Below are positions 16,640 to 26,999 of a stretch of 64,000 bases of DNA, one piece after another; position 1 is the stretch's first letter; every line of letters starts with the position of its first letter. Origin of the DNA: Clostridiales bacterium (GTDB taxonomy: Bacteria > Bacillota > Clostridia > Oscillospirales > Acutalibacteraceae); NCBI GenBank assembly GCA_022793315.1, contig JAAWCO010000084.1:3364-67363 (forward strand), read 5' to 3'. Under the pieces are notes generated by a model. The model was not told the DNA's origin and did no database searches. It was given only the letters and a program-made list of their open reading frames with translations. Position numbers and translations under genes: made by a program.

Positions 16640-17182
16640 CTATTCCTCCATCTGCCGGCCCAGAAAAGCGGCGGCGACCTGAATCAGCTTGACATCGCCC
16701 TCACCGGGTACCGCCCCGCTCTCGGGCAGAATCAGACAGACCGTACCAATCACATCGCCGGAGGCCAAAATCGGCACCGCTACCGAGGCATAGCGTTCAA
16801 TCCCCTCCACCGGCTGCAGGCGTTTCTGATCCCCCGCCTTGGCGATATGAGTCCGACGCTGCTCCATCAGCTCCTCCATCTGTCCGCTGATACGGCGCTC
16901 GAGAAATTCCTTTTTGGAGACCCCGGCTGCTGCCACGACATGATCCCGGTCACAGATGAGCACGGGCAGTCCGCAGGCGCGGGACATAACGTCGGCATAC
17001 TGCAGCGCGAAGGGGGACATCTCCCCCACCGGAGAGTATTTTTTGAAGACCACTTCCCCATCGTTATCGGTGAAAATTTCCAGAGGGTCGCCCTCCCGTA
17101 TTCTCATGGTACGCCGGATTTCTTTCGGTATGACAACACGACCAAGGTCGTCGATTCTCCGAACAATTCCTGTTGCTTTCAT
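16640..17182 (-). CDS. spoVT: stage V sporulation protein T (AbrB-type N-terminal domain plus GAF-like C-terminal domain)
   Basis: MKATGIVRRIDDLGRVVIPKEIRRTMRIREGDPLEIF is the SpoVT/AbrB swapped-hairpin motif. The 180-aa length fits SpoVT. Confidence 0.85.
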   Translation of the reverse strand: MKATGIVRRIDDLGRVVIPKEIRRTMRIREGDPLEIFTDNDGEVVFKKYSPVGEMSPFALQYADVMSRACGLPVLICDRDHVVAAAGVSKKEFLERRISGQMEELMEQRRTHIAKAGDQKRLQPVEGIERYASVAVPILASGDVIGTVCLILPESGAVPGEGDVKLIQVAAAFLGRQMEE

Positions 17183-17499
17183 GCTCCTGCATCCTCCTGT
17201 TATTTTTTCAACGGCTTTCGTGTGTCCGGCTCCTGCATGCCGGGCACGGCGAAGCGCGGAAATCTTGACAGGGCTAGTATCTGTTCTCCGTCGGGCTTTA
17301 TGCGATAAAAATCGGAAATTTTCCTGTCAGAATCTGCCTGATCATTTTTTCTTCAGCGGCAGGTGATTTCTCTGCACCGTTATTTTTCCCATTTTTAGAC
17401 GACAAAATACGGAATAAATGACATTGTATAAACTGTTGGGATTTGCTATGATAAGCAGGTATTCTTTCGTATTTTTTACCCGTGAAGGAGGATTTGCCC

Positions 17500-19272
17500 G
17501 TGATAAAAAAAGCGGCGCTGTGTATCAGCGCGCTGGCGCTGTTGACAACGCTGCTGGTAACCGCCATGGACCAGGCTTCCCGATATCCCACGACCCTGTA
17601 TGCAAAGCCGGCCAGAATAGCGGAAATCCGAAGCACCCGGCAGGAAACACCCGCCGCCGACGGCACGGAGGAGCTGCCAGTCCCCGATCTTCGGATCAAT
17701 GGCACGGCGTTGTTTTACGACCGGCTCAGCGCCACCTTTTATTATTCTCTGACCGACGACCGGAAAAGCTGGCCCGATTTCACCTTCACACTGGAGGGGG
17801 TGCAGCCTGAAGGACGTCTGTGCTTTACACGCGATTTCATGCAGGAAAGCCGGTCGGAGGTATTAGAGGCCAGCAGCCGGATTCCCTTTCTGATCTACGA
17901 CAATGAGACCTATCAGAGCTATTACCTGACCTTTTCCACCCTGCCGCTGATGCAGATCCGTCTCCATGAGCTGCCGGAGGAGGTCCGCATTCACGAAACG
18001 CTGAAGGACGGCGACGACACGACCCGCCTGCCCCAGGACGTACTTCTGGATTATGACGTTCTGCTGGCGGAGGATGCACCCATCCGGCGGGAGGATTCGT
18101 ACGCCACGGTGACTCTTTTTGATCCGCGCGGAGAGGAGGACGACCGGAAATACGGCGAGGTGTTCCTCTCCGAGGCACGCCTGCATGTGCGCGGACGCAG
18201 CAGCGTCAACTATCCGAAAAACAGCTTTCGGATGGAGCTGCTGGTCCCCGATGAAAAGGACCCCTCCCTGCTGATTGAAAACAAGGTGCCCCTGCTGGGG
18301 ATGCGGAAGGACGGGGACTGGGTGCTGAATGCCCTGTACGCTGAACCCACCAAAATCCGGGAAAAGCTGGCCGCTGAAGTGTGGATGGCCATGAACGAGG
18401 ATGTGGAAACCGTCGGAGAAGCGGCAGGCTACCGGGTGGAATATATCGAGGTCTTTATTGACGACACCTATTGGGGGCTGTACGGTCTGTCCGAGCGGGT
18501 TGATGCGAAAATGCTGGGGCTGACCTCCTCAGAGAATCCCGCCGGCTCCGACCTCCTTTATTGGAGCATCGCCGACAAGGATCAGGAATGGACCGGCTAC
18601 AGCCAGCCGGAAACCCCTTATTACAGCGGCGGTTATGAGCTTCGGTTCCCTGATATTATCAGCGAACCGTCTGCGGACTGGTGGCGCCCCTTCGGGCAGC
18701 TGGTGCGTGCCGCACGGGAGAAGGAGCTGGACGACCGGGCTGTTGAATTCAGCGCCATTGCCGATGTGAACAGCGCGATCAACTACTACCTGTTTATTCA
18801 GGCGGTCAGCGGCGTGGATAATGTGATACAGAACACCTATTTCCTCTATCGGGCGGAGACCGGAAAATTCACCTTTCTGCCATGGGATCTGGACCAGACC
18901 TTCGGCAATGTGTGGCAGGGTGAAATGCCCCGTCTGACGGGAGAGGATTACAACACCGTGGACTGGTTCCGCCCGTGGTGGGTCACTCAGGAGATGTTCG
19001 ACGAGAACGCCGGGGAGATGCTGTCCCTGCTGCGCAACCGTCTGCGAACCCTGCGCCGGGGCGTGCTGGACGAGAAGGCAATGGTCCGGCGTATTGATGC
19101 GATTGAAAAACAGCTGGACGCCTCCGGCGTTCTGACACGGGAGGGAAACCGCTGGCCGCAGGGCGGCCACAACTCCCATACCGGCGCGCTGCGTCAGTTT
19201 GTGGTGGCGCGGCTGATCCGTCTGGATTCGCAGGTCCGCAGGATGGCGTGGGAAGGGGGATGGCAGTCTTGA
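17500..19272 (+). CDS. cotH: CotH family protein kinase-like protein, membrane or signal anchored
   Basis: GTG 17500 follows GAAGGAGG. N-terminal hydrophobic segment. CotH-like blocks are HVRGRSSVNYPKNSFRMEL, DGDWVLNALYAEPTKIREKLA and YIEVFIDDTYWGLYGLSERVD. Confidence 0.8.
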   Translation: MIKKAALCISALALLTTLLVTAMDQASRYPTTLYAKPARIAEIRSTRQETPAADGTEELPVPDLRINGTALFYDRLSATFYYSLTDDRKSWPDFTFTLEGVQPEGRLCFTRDFMQESRSEVLEASSRIPFLIYDNETYQSYYLTFSTLPLMQIRLHELPEEVRIHETLKDGDDTTRLPQDVLLDYDVLLAEDAPIRREDSYATVTLFDPRGEEDDRKYGEVFLSEARLHVRGRSSVNYPKNSFRMELLVPDEKDPSLLIENKVPLLGMRKDGDWVLNALYAEPTKIREKLAAEVWMAMNEDVETVGEAAGYRVEYIEVFIDDTYWGLYGLSERVDAKMLGLTSSENPAGSDLLYWSIADKDQEWTGYSQPETPYYSGGYELRFPDIISEPSADWWRPFGQLVRAAREKELDDRAVEFSAIADVNSAINYYLFIQAVSGVDNVIQNTYFLYRAETGKFTFLPWDLDQTFGNVWQGEMPRLTGEDYNTVDWFRPWWVTQEMFDENAGEMLSLLRNRLRTLRRGVLDEKAMVRRIDAIEKQLDASGVLTREGNRWPQGGHNSHTGALRQFVVARLIRLDSQVRRMAWEGGWQS

Positions 19273-20024
19273 CGTTTCCATCATCCCTTCACAACCCGCT
19301 CCCCCAGCTCCTCCGGCCGGAGGAGGGGCGTCTGCGCCATGAGCTGAAGGCGCTGTGCGGCGCACAGGAGCTGGCGATCCTCCGTAGCCGTCTGACCGGC
19401 CTGATGGCCGCCGATTCCCACGCGGATGAAAACGGCCGTTACCGGGTACGCAGCCTGTATTTTGACGATATGGACAACACCTGTATGCGGGAAAACGAGG
19501 CGGGCGTGGACGACCGGCGGAAATACCGCCTTCGTCTGTACAACGGCAGCGCCGACCGGATCACGCTGGAAATCAAGAGCAAGGTGAAGGGACTGACCGG
19601 CAAGCGCGGCTGTGCCCTCACCCGCGAGCAATGCGAGCTGCTGATGCGGGGCCGTCCCCCTGCTCTGGCAGAGGGAACCGCGCCGGAGCTGCGGCGGCTG
19701 TGCCTGCTGATGCGAACCCGCCGGATGCGTCCTGCCGTCATCGTGGAATACGAGCGCACCGTTTTTCTTGCCGGGGCAGGCAATGTGCGGGTCACACTGG
19801 ATGAGAATATCGGCGGGACCAGCCGGGTGGACCGCTTTCTCAACAGCCGGCTCTCCCTGTTTCCTGTCCTGCCGCCGGGGCAGCATATTCTGGAGGTGAA
19901 ATATGACGGCTTCCTGCCCGATGTGATCGCAGATACCCTGCAGCTGGGACGGCTGAGCCGCACCTCCTTTTCCAAATACTATCTGTGCCGCACCAACGCG
20001 CCGCTGACGCGGCCAACATACTGA
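19260..20024 (+). CDS. VTC-domain (polyphosphate polymerase-like, CYTH-type) protein
   Basis: ATG 19260 follows GGAAGGGGG and overlaps the cotH stop by 13 nt. RHELK...YRVRSLYFDD...RRKYRLRLY...ITLEIKSK resembles the VTC/CYTH beta-tunnel pattern. Confidence 0.7.
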   Translation: MAVLTFPSSLHNPLPQLLRPEEGRLRHELKALCGAQELAILRSRLTGLMAADSHADENGRYRVRSLYFDDMDNTCMRENEAGVDDRRKYRLRLYNGSADRITLEIKSKVKGLTGKRGCALTREQCELLMRGRPPALAEGTAPELRRLCLLMRTRRMRPAVIVEYERTVFLAGAGNVRVTLDENIGGTSRVDRFLNSRLSLFPVLPPGQHILEVKYDGFLPDVIADTLQLGRLSRTSFSKYYLCRTNAPLTRPTY

Positions 20025-20043
20025 CGGAAGGCTGGTAAAACAT

Positions 20044-20718
20044 ATGAATTTCGGCGATATCATTAAAAAATCGGTGCTGGAGGGTTTTGCAGACAATGAA
20101 GTCACCACCCCTAAAGTTATCGTAACACTGGGGATTACCTTCCTGATTGCGCTGTATATCTTCCTGGTTTACCGCATGACCACCAAAAATGTCTTTTATT
20201 CCAAAGGCTTTGCTATCTCCATGACGGTGATTTCAGTGGTGACGGCCGGCATTATTCTGGCGATGCAGTCCAACATTGTGATCTCTCTCGGTATGGTGGG
20301 CGCGCTGTCCATCGTCCGTTTCCGTACCGCGATCAAGGACCCGATGGACCTGCTCTTCCTCTTCTGGTCCATCGGCACCGGCATCATCTGCGGGGCAAGC
20401 CTGTACGGCGTGGCCGCGATCTGCGCCCTGGCTGTGACCGTCGCTCTGCTGCTGCTCTCGATTATCCCGTTGGCCCGCGCGCCCTATCTGCTGGTGATCA
20501 GCGGCCGTGACGCCTCGCTGGAGTCGTCGCTGATCGAAGTGGTCAAAAAATATTCCCACGCCTATCAGGTAAAATCCCGCAATCTCTCCCGCGACCACAT
20601 GGACATGGTGATTCAGCTCCGTGTACAGGACGGGGCCTCCCTGCTGAAGGAGGCCGCCGCTCTGGAGGGAGTGGAGGATGCTTCGCTCCTGTCCCACGAC
20701 GGAGAAACCGCTCTGTAA
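20044..20718 (+). CDS. DUF4956-type multi-pass membrane protein
   Basis: 224-aa ORF with several TM helices. In my recollection it is the usual partner of bacterial VTC-domain genes. Confidence 0.65.
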   Translation: MNFGDIIKKSVLEGFADNEVTTPKVIVTLGITFLIALYIFLVYRMTTKNVFYSKGFAISMTVISVVTAGIILAMQSNIVISLGMVGALSIVRFRTAIKDPMDLLFLFWSIGTGIICGASLYGVAAICALAVTVALLLLSIIPLARAPYLLVISGRDASLESSLIEVVKKYSHAYQVKSRNLSRDHMDMVIQLRVQDGASLLKEAAALEGVEDASLLSHDGETAL

Positions 20719-20753
20719 AGGAACCGTCTCCAAAAAACGAACCGTATCCCGAC

Positions 20754-20791
20754 AAAAAGGCGGTAAGCACCAAAAGTGCTTACCGCCTTTT
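20754..20791. terminator. bidirectional terminator
   Basis: AAAAAGGCGGTAAGCAC-CAAAA-GTGCTTACCGCCTTTT. Confidence 0.75.
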
Positions 20792-20845
20792 GAAAATATG
20801 CCGTGGGAAGCTGCTGAGGCCTCCCCGACCCGCGAAGGAGAGGCC

Positions 20846-22399
20846 TTATCCAACCGGCAGCGTAACGCTCGACCGCTCCAAAACAATGGTGTTGCGGGCG
20901 ACACGGGCCGTTTTCTGTATCGAATACAGCCCTCTGTTGTTAGTGTGCCGCACATAATGCGGAAAGGCGGAGGAGGAGATATCCACCCGGATTTTTTCGC
21001 CCTTGTGTATCACAAAAGCGTGCTCGTCAAACGAAAAATCCATCTCGACCTCCTGCCCTGGAACATACTCCCGGCAAAAACAGGAAATCTGGTTGATATC
21101 GTCTCTCAGCCCGTAGTCGCCTTCTTCCCTGACCAGACTCAGGCGGACATAAAAGCAGGTGTCCTCGCAGTCCGATTTGACGCACAGCTTCGCTTTGATC
21201 TTTCCCTTTATCCAGGTATCCTCGGTACATTCCGGGGAAAAGAAGGTCAAAATATCGTAGCGGGAGTGAGGCGGGTCCTGCCAGGCATTTCCGCCGAAAT
21301 TTGCCGAAAGCCCACCCTGAAAAGAGGCGGGAGCATACGGATTGTACACATAGGTCCGTTCACCGCAGCCCAGCGGGAAGGTCCATTGCTTTTCCGGCGG
21401 CTCAAAGCCATCCGTGTACCACCGGCCGGAAAACAGCCGGTAATAGGTAACCTGTCCCGTCTGAAAGGGGGCGGTATCCTGACCCCGTATAAATTCCAGC
21501 CACCGGATGATGTAATCACCGAAGGCTTCCTTCAGAGAGCCGCCGGCAAATGGAACAGGCTGGTCATCCGGAGTGCCCGAATGATCATACGGGTGAACCA
21601 GCAGCGCCGACTGCGACCGGGTTTCTTCATCCAGACCATTCCACATATCGAAAATGCCGCCGGTGTAAATGTCGTAAAACCCTGTCACAAGCAGCAGGGG
21701 AAGGTGAGCCTGCCGAACGGCGTCATGCGCTTCTCCGCCCCCCTGTCGGGTGCTCCAGAAAGCGTCCTCCCTGTCGGGGTGCAACAGAATTTCATCAAAA
21801 TCCGACGCGCTTTCTCCAAAAACGGTTTGAGAAAAATCGGTCAGCGGCAGCAGGTGATAGCTTTCGGTTGTATAATTTTTGGCGGGCAGACTCTTGTGCT
21901 TATACATATCCACATACCAGCCGCCGTGCAGGCCGATTTTATAAAAGCCGTTGCGATAATTACAGTTGTACCGCTCGCAGTCCTGAACCTGAAGCACCGC
22001 CCCCCGGATATCCGGGGCAAAGGGAGCGGTGACAAAATGGACAGATGCCGTATAGCTGGAGCCCACCAGATACAGCTCCCCGTTATAAAACGGCTGGCGG
22101 CGGACCCAGTCCTGTAAGGCCAGCCCGTCCTCCCTCTCGTAAATATACGGCACGCAGTCGCCGCTGCTTTTTCCCCGGCCGCGGCAGTGCTGATAAACCA
22201 CCGCATACCCTTTATTCAGCCAGCCTCTGTGCTCGCTCAGAATCCTGTCGGCAACCTCCTGCTCCGGCCGGTCCTGGCTGTCATCCACATAGGGTGAACG
22301 CATCACAATCGTGGGAAAAACCGCTGGGGCAGACGGAAGGCAGGCCACCGTAAACAGCTCCGCATCTCCGGCAGCCAGCCAGGTATACTCGCTATGCAT
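20846..22399 (-). CDS. CocE/NonD (X-Pro dipeptidyl-peptidase S15) family alpha/beta hydrolase
   Basis: ATG 22399 (MHSEYTW) follows GAGGGTG. Family-like blocks are RSPYVDD, HCRGRGKSSG and LVGSSYTA, plus a beta-sandwich C-terminus. Confidence 0.75.
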   Translation of the reverse strand: MHSEYTWLAAGDAELFTVACLPSAPAVFPTIVMRSPYVDDSQDRPEQEVADRILSEHRGWLNKGYAVVYQHCRGRGKSSGDCVPYIYEREDGLALQDWVRRQPFYNGELYLVGSSYTASVHFVTAPFAPDIRGAVLQVQDCERYNCNYRNGFYKIGLHGGWYVDMYKHKSLPAKNYTTESYHLLPLTDFSQTVFGESASDFDEILLHPDREDAFWSTRQGGGEAHDAVRQAHLPLLLVTGFYDIYTGGIFDMWNGLDEETRSQSALLVHPYDHSGTPDDQPVPFAGGSLKEAFGDYIIRWLEFIRGQDTAPFQTGQVTYYRLFSGRWYTDGFEPPEKQWTFPLGCGERTYVYNPYAPASFQGGLSANFGGNAWQDPPHSRYDILTFFSPECTEDTWIKGKIKAKLCVKSDCEDTCFYVRLSLVREEGDYGLRDDINQISCFCREYVPGQEVEMDFSFDEHAFVIHKGEKIRVDISSSAFPHYVRHTNNRGLYSIQKTARVARNTIVLERSSVTLPVG

Positions 22400-22770
22400 C
22401 AACAACACCCTCATCTCTCGCATTGGCGCGTGATTTTCCCGAAGGGCGGACCCCATCACCGCATCGCATGGGTTATCATCATTTCCGCCATTTCAGATTC
22501 GGCACCTTCATACAGGAGCCTGTGTATTCCATATTCTCCTGTTCCAGCGTTCCATACGCTCAAAAAACCGTTTCGTCCTTTACGATCAGCGGCGCCTGAA
22601 ACAGTTTCCGGCTTTTATTTTCCGTACAGGGCCTTCCATTCAGCCGCAAGAGGCCTTCAAAGCAGAGCTCCACTCCGCTTTACCAGCCAGGGCTGTCAAA
22701 ACGCGTGTGCAGCTGCCGCCGGCCATACGCCTCTTCATAAGCATATGTTCAAGATCCCCGGCGATGAGCG

Positions 22771-23703
22771 TCAGCTACCGTCCGCTTCGTCGAGCAGAAT
22801 CACCGGTCCAGAGGCGAGCGGACGGCAGAGGAAAACCGAGCGTTCCGCGTCCTGGGGCAGGCCGGAGCAGGACAGAGCGGCGGCGCAGTCCTCCGCGTCC
22901 GCGGGCCGGTCGAAGAGGGCGAAAACAGCGGAACCGCTGCCGGTCATCAGACAGCCCAGCGGGTGGAAACGGGACATCAGATTTTTGACGGCGCACACCT
23001 CTTCCGGGGCGGCGGTCTCCTCAAACACATTGCAGAGCTCCCGGCCCACCGCAGCCAGGTCTCCTGCATTCATCGCCTCAAGGAGACGGGAGGTGTGCGG
23101 CCGCCGGACGCTGGACGCTTTGCCGTCGGCCAGCGCGGCATCCGCCGCCCGGTATGCCTCCGCTGTGGAGACCGCGGCAGAGGGCTTCACCACCACAATC
23201 CGGCAGTCGGGCAGACTGGGCAAGGGGGTGAGCACGGTGCCGATTCCGGTCGCCAGCGCCGCTCCTCCCAGCAGGCAGAAGGGAACATCCGCCCCAATCT
23301 GCTCCCCGATCCGGCGCAGCTCCTCCGGCGGCAGATTCACGCCGGTCAGCCGGTCCAGCGCGGCCAGCACACCGGCCGCGTCGGCGCTTCCTCCGGCCAT
23401 TCCAGCAGCAAAGGGAATGCGCTTGTCTATCTGAAGGGAAAAGGCGGGACGAATTCCCGCCGCCCGGCAGAAAGCCTCCGCCGCCCGAAAGGCGGTGTTG
23501 CTTTCGTCAGCAGGCAGCGTCTCTGCGCCCATCCCGGCCAGGGTGAGATGGATGCCGTCGTCCTCTATCTCCCGCACCGTGACAGTATCATACAGGCTGA
23601 CGGCCTGCATGACCGTTTCAATGAGATGATATCCATCGTCCCGCCGCGCGCCGATGTCCAGCGATAAATTGATTTTAGCGGGCGCTTTGACCGTGATGGA
23701 CAT
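22771..23703 (-). CDS. ispE: 4-diphosphocytidyl-2-C-methyl-D-erythritol kinase
   Basis: MSITVKAPAKINLSLDIGARRDDGYHLIETVMQAVSLYDTV, plus the GHMP kinase motif IPFAAGMAGGSADAA. Confidence 0.85.
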   Translation of the reverse strand: MSITVKAPAKINLSLDIGARRDDGYHLIETVMQAVSLYDTVTVREIEDDGIHLTLAGMGAETLPADESNTAFRAAEAFCRAAGIRPAFSLQIDKRIPFAAGMAGGSADAAGVLAALDRLTGVNLPPEELRRIGEQIGADVPFCLLGGAALATGIGTVLTPLPSLPDCRIVVVKPSAAVSTAEAYRAADAALADGKASSVRRPHTSRLLEAMNAGDLAAVGRELCNVFEETAAPEEVCAVKNLMSRFHPLGCLMTGSGSAVFALFDRPADAEDCAAALSCSGLPQDAERSVFLCRPLASGPVILLDEADGS

Positions 23704-23721
23704 GCCAATCCCTCCGTTCGG

Positions 23722-24930
23722 TCAGGGCCGGGGGAAGCCGGCGCTGTTTTCCAGAAATTCCGCGATGCGCTTCATCGCCTCGGTAATGTGGCTGAGAGAA
23801 TAGCAGTAGGAGACCCGCACAAAGCCTTCTCCGCTGTCGCCAAAGGCGGTCCCTGGTACCACGGCCACATGCTTTTCTCTCAGCAGCCGCTGGCAGAATT
23901 CCTCCGAGCTCAGGCCGGTGGAACGAATGCAGGGAAAAACGTAAAACGCGCCTTCCGGCTCAAAGCAGGTCAGACCCATACGATTGAATTCTTCCACAAT
24001 GAAGCGGCGGCGGGTATCGTATTCTGAACGCATGCGGGCAATATCGTCATCCCCGCTGCGCATGGCCTCAATCGCCGCGTATTGAGCGGTGGTGGGCGCA
24101 CACATCAGGGCATATTGATGCAGCTTGACAATCTGCTTCATCACCGGGGCAGGTGCGCAGGCATACCCGAGACGCCAGCCGGTCATGGCAAAGGCCTTGG
24201 AAAATCCGTTGATCAGCAGGGTGCGGGACTGCATGCCGGGCAGGGAAGCGATGCTGACATGAGGCTCAGCGCCATAGGTCAGGGCGCTGTAAATTTCATC
24301 CGACAGCACAAACAGATCGTGTTCCCGCACCACCTCTGCGATGGCCTCCAGATGGGGACGCCGCAGGACACCGCCAGTAGGATTGTTGGGATAGGGCAGA
24401 ATCAGCAGCCTGGAGCGGGGGGTAACAGCGGCGCGAAGAGCCTCCGGCGTCAGGCGGAAGGCATCCTCCTCCCGGGTGACCAGCGGCACCGGCACACCGC
24501 CCGCCATATGGGTCAGCGGCGCATAGCAGACAAAGCTCGGTTCAGGAATCAGAACCTCGTCGCCCGGCCGCAGCAGGGCACGCAGCCCCAGATCAATGGC
24601 CTCGCTGCCGCCCACCGTGACCAGAACCTCTGTTTTAGGATCATAGGCTATCTGAATATGTCGGCGGGTAAATTCAACAATGGCCTCCCGCAGCTGCAAA
24701 AGGCCGGCGTTGGAGGTATACCAGGTATGTCCCCGCTCCAGCGAATGGATCCCCTCCTCGCGGATATGCCAGGGGGTGGTAAAGTCCGGCTCGCCAATGG
24801 ACAGGGTGATCACATCCTCCATCTCGCTGGCGATATCAAAAAAGCGGCGGATACCCGACGGCTTGAGATCAACCAGGGCGGGATTGAGAAACCGGTCATA
24901 GGAGATGTCTTGATCGTTCATGGGATTCAC
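23722..24930 (-). CDS. PLP-dependent class I/II aminotransferase
   Basis: 402-aa ORF with LSIGEPDFTTP, YPNNPTGG and NGFSKAFAMTGWRLGY (PLP lysine motif). Start overlaps the stop of the Lrp gene. Confidence 0.85.
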   Translation of the reverse strand: MNPMNDQDISYDRFLNPALVDLKPSGIRRFFDIASEMEDVITLSIGEPDFTTPWHIREEGIHSLERGHTWYTSNAGLLQLREAIVEFTRRHIQIAYDPKTEVLVTVGGSEAIDLGLRALLRPGDEVLIPEPSFVCYAPLTHMAGGVPVPLVTREEDAFRLTPEALRAAVTPRSRLLILPYPNNPTGGVLRRPHLEAIAEVVREHDLFVLSDEIYSALTYGAEPHVSIASLPGMQSRTLLINGFSKAFAMTGWRLGYACAPAPVMKQIVKLHQYALMCAPTTAQYAAIEAMRSGDDDIARMRSEYDTRRRFIVEEFNRMGLTCFEPEGAFYVFPCIRSTGLSSEEFCQRLLREKHVAVVPGTAFGDSGEGFVRVSYCYSLSHITEAMKRIAEFLENSAGFPRP

Positions 24931-25400
24931 TGGGCTCCTCTCATATCCGCCTCTCCGCCGAGAAGCATGGTGCCATTGTCCTTATAGCGGCGCAGCACAA
25001 AGTGGGTGGCGGTAGAGATCACCGAGTCCAGAGTGGACAGCCGCCGGGCCACAAACAGGGCCACATCGCGGAAGGTCCGTCCGCACACCGTAACCGCCAG
25101 GTCATAGCCGCCCGACATCAGATAGACGCTCTCCACCTCATCGAACTGCATCACCTGCTCGGCAATGCTTTCAAAGCCCGAATCGCGCTTCGGCGTCACC
25201 CGCAGTTCAATCAGCGCGGTGACATATTCCCTGTCGGTCTTTTCCCAGTTGATCACCGCCTTATAGCCGCGGACCACCCCGCTGTGCTCCAGCTCACTCA
25301 GCTGAGACTGCACTTCCGCCTCGGTGCGGCCCAGCATGGCGGCCAGCTGCGCATTGGTAAGCCGTGCATTGGTATCCAGCAATTGAAGCAGTTGATTCAT
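24927..25400 (-). CDS. Lrp/AsnC family transcriptional regulator
   Basis: ATG 25400 follows AAAGGGAGGAA. MNQLLQLLDTNARLTNAQLAAMLGRTEAEVQSQLSELEHSGVVRGY is the HTH, followed by a RAM-type C-terminus. Confidence 0.8.
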   Translation of the reverse strand: MNQLLQLLDTNARLTNAQLAAMLGRTEAEVQSQLSELEHSGVVRGYKAVINWEKTDREYVTALIELRVTPKRDSGFESIAEQVMQFDEVESVYLMSGGYDLAVTVCGRTFRDVALFVARRLSTLDSVISTATHFVLRRYKDNGTMLLGGEADMRGAQ

Positions 25401-25610
25401 ATCGGTTCCTCCCTTTACCATTATATCATTACGCCCCGTCCAGGAGCTTCCCCCCTGATAAGCCGAAGCGCTTCCCATCCAAAGGGTAGTTTCTCACACG
25501 CCTGAAAAGGTATCTCGCCGGGGAATGTCCTCTGCGGCTTTCTGCACCGGGCTTTTCCCTGCGCCTATTGTATCACAGTTACCTTCAAAAAAGAAGGGAC
25601 GTGCCGTACT

Positions 25611-26411
25611 TCAGCTAATGGGGTGCAAAACCGGCTGCCGGTTCACAAAGACGGCATAAGAGGGAAAGCCCGCTTCAAACGCGGCACGGAGTCCCTCCCG
25701 GAGCGGAACACCCACGTCCTGCGGGGTGTGTGCATCAGAGCCGACGGTGACCAGCTGTCCCCCCACCTCACGGAATCGTCGAAGCAGACCGGCCTCCGGC
25801 AGGAGAAACGGTTCCGGGCCGCGCAAACCGGATACATTGATCTCCAGCGCCAGCCCCCTCTCTGCTGCCGACTTCAGCACCGCGTCGATAGCGTCCCCCC
25901 AGCGGGCGGCCCCCGCCTCACGCTGCTCTCTGGGAACATAGCGGAAGGGGTAGGTGAGATGGGCGAGGGAGTCGAAGCGGCCCCATTTGGTCATCTTCAG
26001 CAGCTCGGCAAAATAAAGGTCCATCAGCCTCTCCACGTCCGCCTCACGGTAATCCAGATAATAAAAATCGTCCATCCCCGGCAAATTGTGCAGCGAACCC
26101 AGCACAAAGTCATAGGCGTGACGATCCAGCAGCGCACCTGCGGCGTCAGGGTCCTCCAGCGGCTCGCCCAGCTCCACCCCCCGTAAGACCAGAAGGCGGC
26201 CCTCATACCGTTCGGCAAACCGGCCGGTCTCGTCAAAGGAGGCGTCGGCCGCCCGATCATAGCCGTCCTCCTCATAACCACTCATCTCGACATGGTCGGT
26301 GACGGTCAGCGCGGACAGACCGGCGCGCAGGGCCGCCTCACAGATGTCACGGAGGCCGGATTCCGAGTCGGGGGAATGATGGGTATGCAGATGGCAGTCG
26401 GCAAGATACAT
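25611..26411 (-). CDS. PHP-domain phosphoesterase (HisJ-type histidinol-phosphatase family)
   Basis: ATG 26411 gives MYLADCHLHTHHSPDS (PHP metal motif), with later DHVEM, GSLH and GSDAH blocks. Confidence 0.75.
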   Translation of the reverse strand: MYLADCHLHTHHSPDSESGLRDICEAALRAGLSALTVTDHVEMSGYEEDGYDRAADASFDETGRFAERYEGRLLVLRGVELGEPLEDPDAAGALLDRHAYDFVLGSLHNLPGMDDFYYLDYREADVERLMDLYFAELLKMTKWGRFDSLAHLTYPFRYVPREQREAGAARWGDAIDAVLKSAAERGLALEINVSGLRGPEPFLLPEAGLLRRFREVGGQLVTVGSDAHTPQDVGVPLREGLRAAFEAGFPSYAVFVNRQPVLHPIS

Positions 26412-26514
26412 GAGCAGGTCTCCCTTTCCGGCGGACAGCCGCACAAGCGACCGGTACGACTGGCGCCTTCACGTTTCTTCTTTCAGTTTATATTAAAAAA
26501 CAGAAGCAGCGCTG

Positions 26515-26999
26515 TCAAGAGAAGCCGGCCGGAAAGCCCGCTGAAACGGCGCGTGCAATATCCCGCCGCACGCGGACAGGCGGTTTCAACAGAGGATTCC
26601 GTTCATCCAAAGCAATTGAACAGAATATCACCATCCCATAGGTCATATACAGAATATGGTTTGTCCAATAAGAAAAAATCCGGATCCCCTTCTGTTGCTC
26701 CTCTTCCCGTATGCTTTTGACAGGGTATTTTTGGGGCAGTTCAGCCATAAGTGTTTGATAGGCCATATCGATCTTTTCAATTTTTTCGCTTCGCACAGGG
26801 TCAGATAAATGCCAAATACGGCACAAATGATCCCCGCTGTGGAGTACACCCAAACCGGCAGCTGGACAATCGCTGTTCCGGAAATTCCGATCCTCTCCAC
26901 CAGATGGGGCAGAAAGGTGATGATCAGGGACAACGAGACAAACCGAAAACGAAGAAAAGAGATATTTATCATAATATTTCTATTATTTACAACAAACAA
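26515..26999 (-). pseudogene. small multi-TM membrane protein gene split between two frames at an A6 run (or two overlapping small genes)
   Basis: The ORF 26643..26999 is membrane-like only up to ...YLTLCEAKK. The ORF 26515..26853 in another frame continues plausibly (IEKIDMAYQTLMAELPQKYPVKS...ILYMTYGMVIFCSIAL). The switch point is GCGAAAAAATTG (minus strand) near 26780. Confidence 0.35.
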
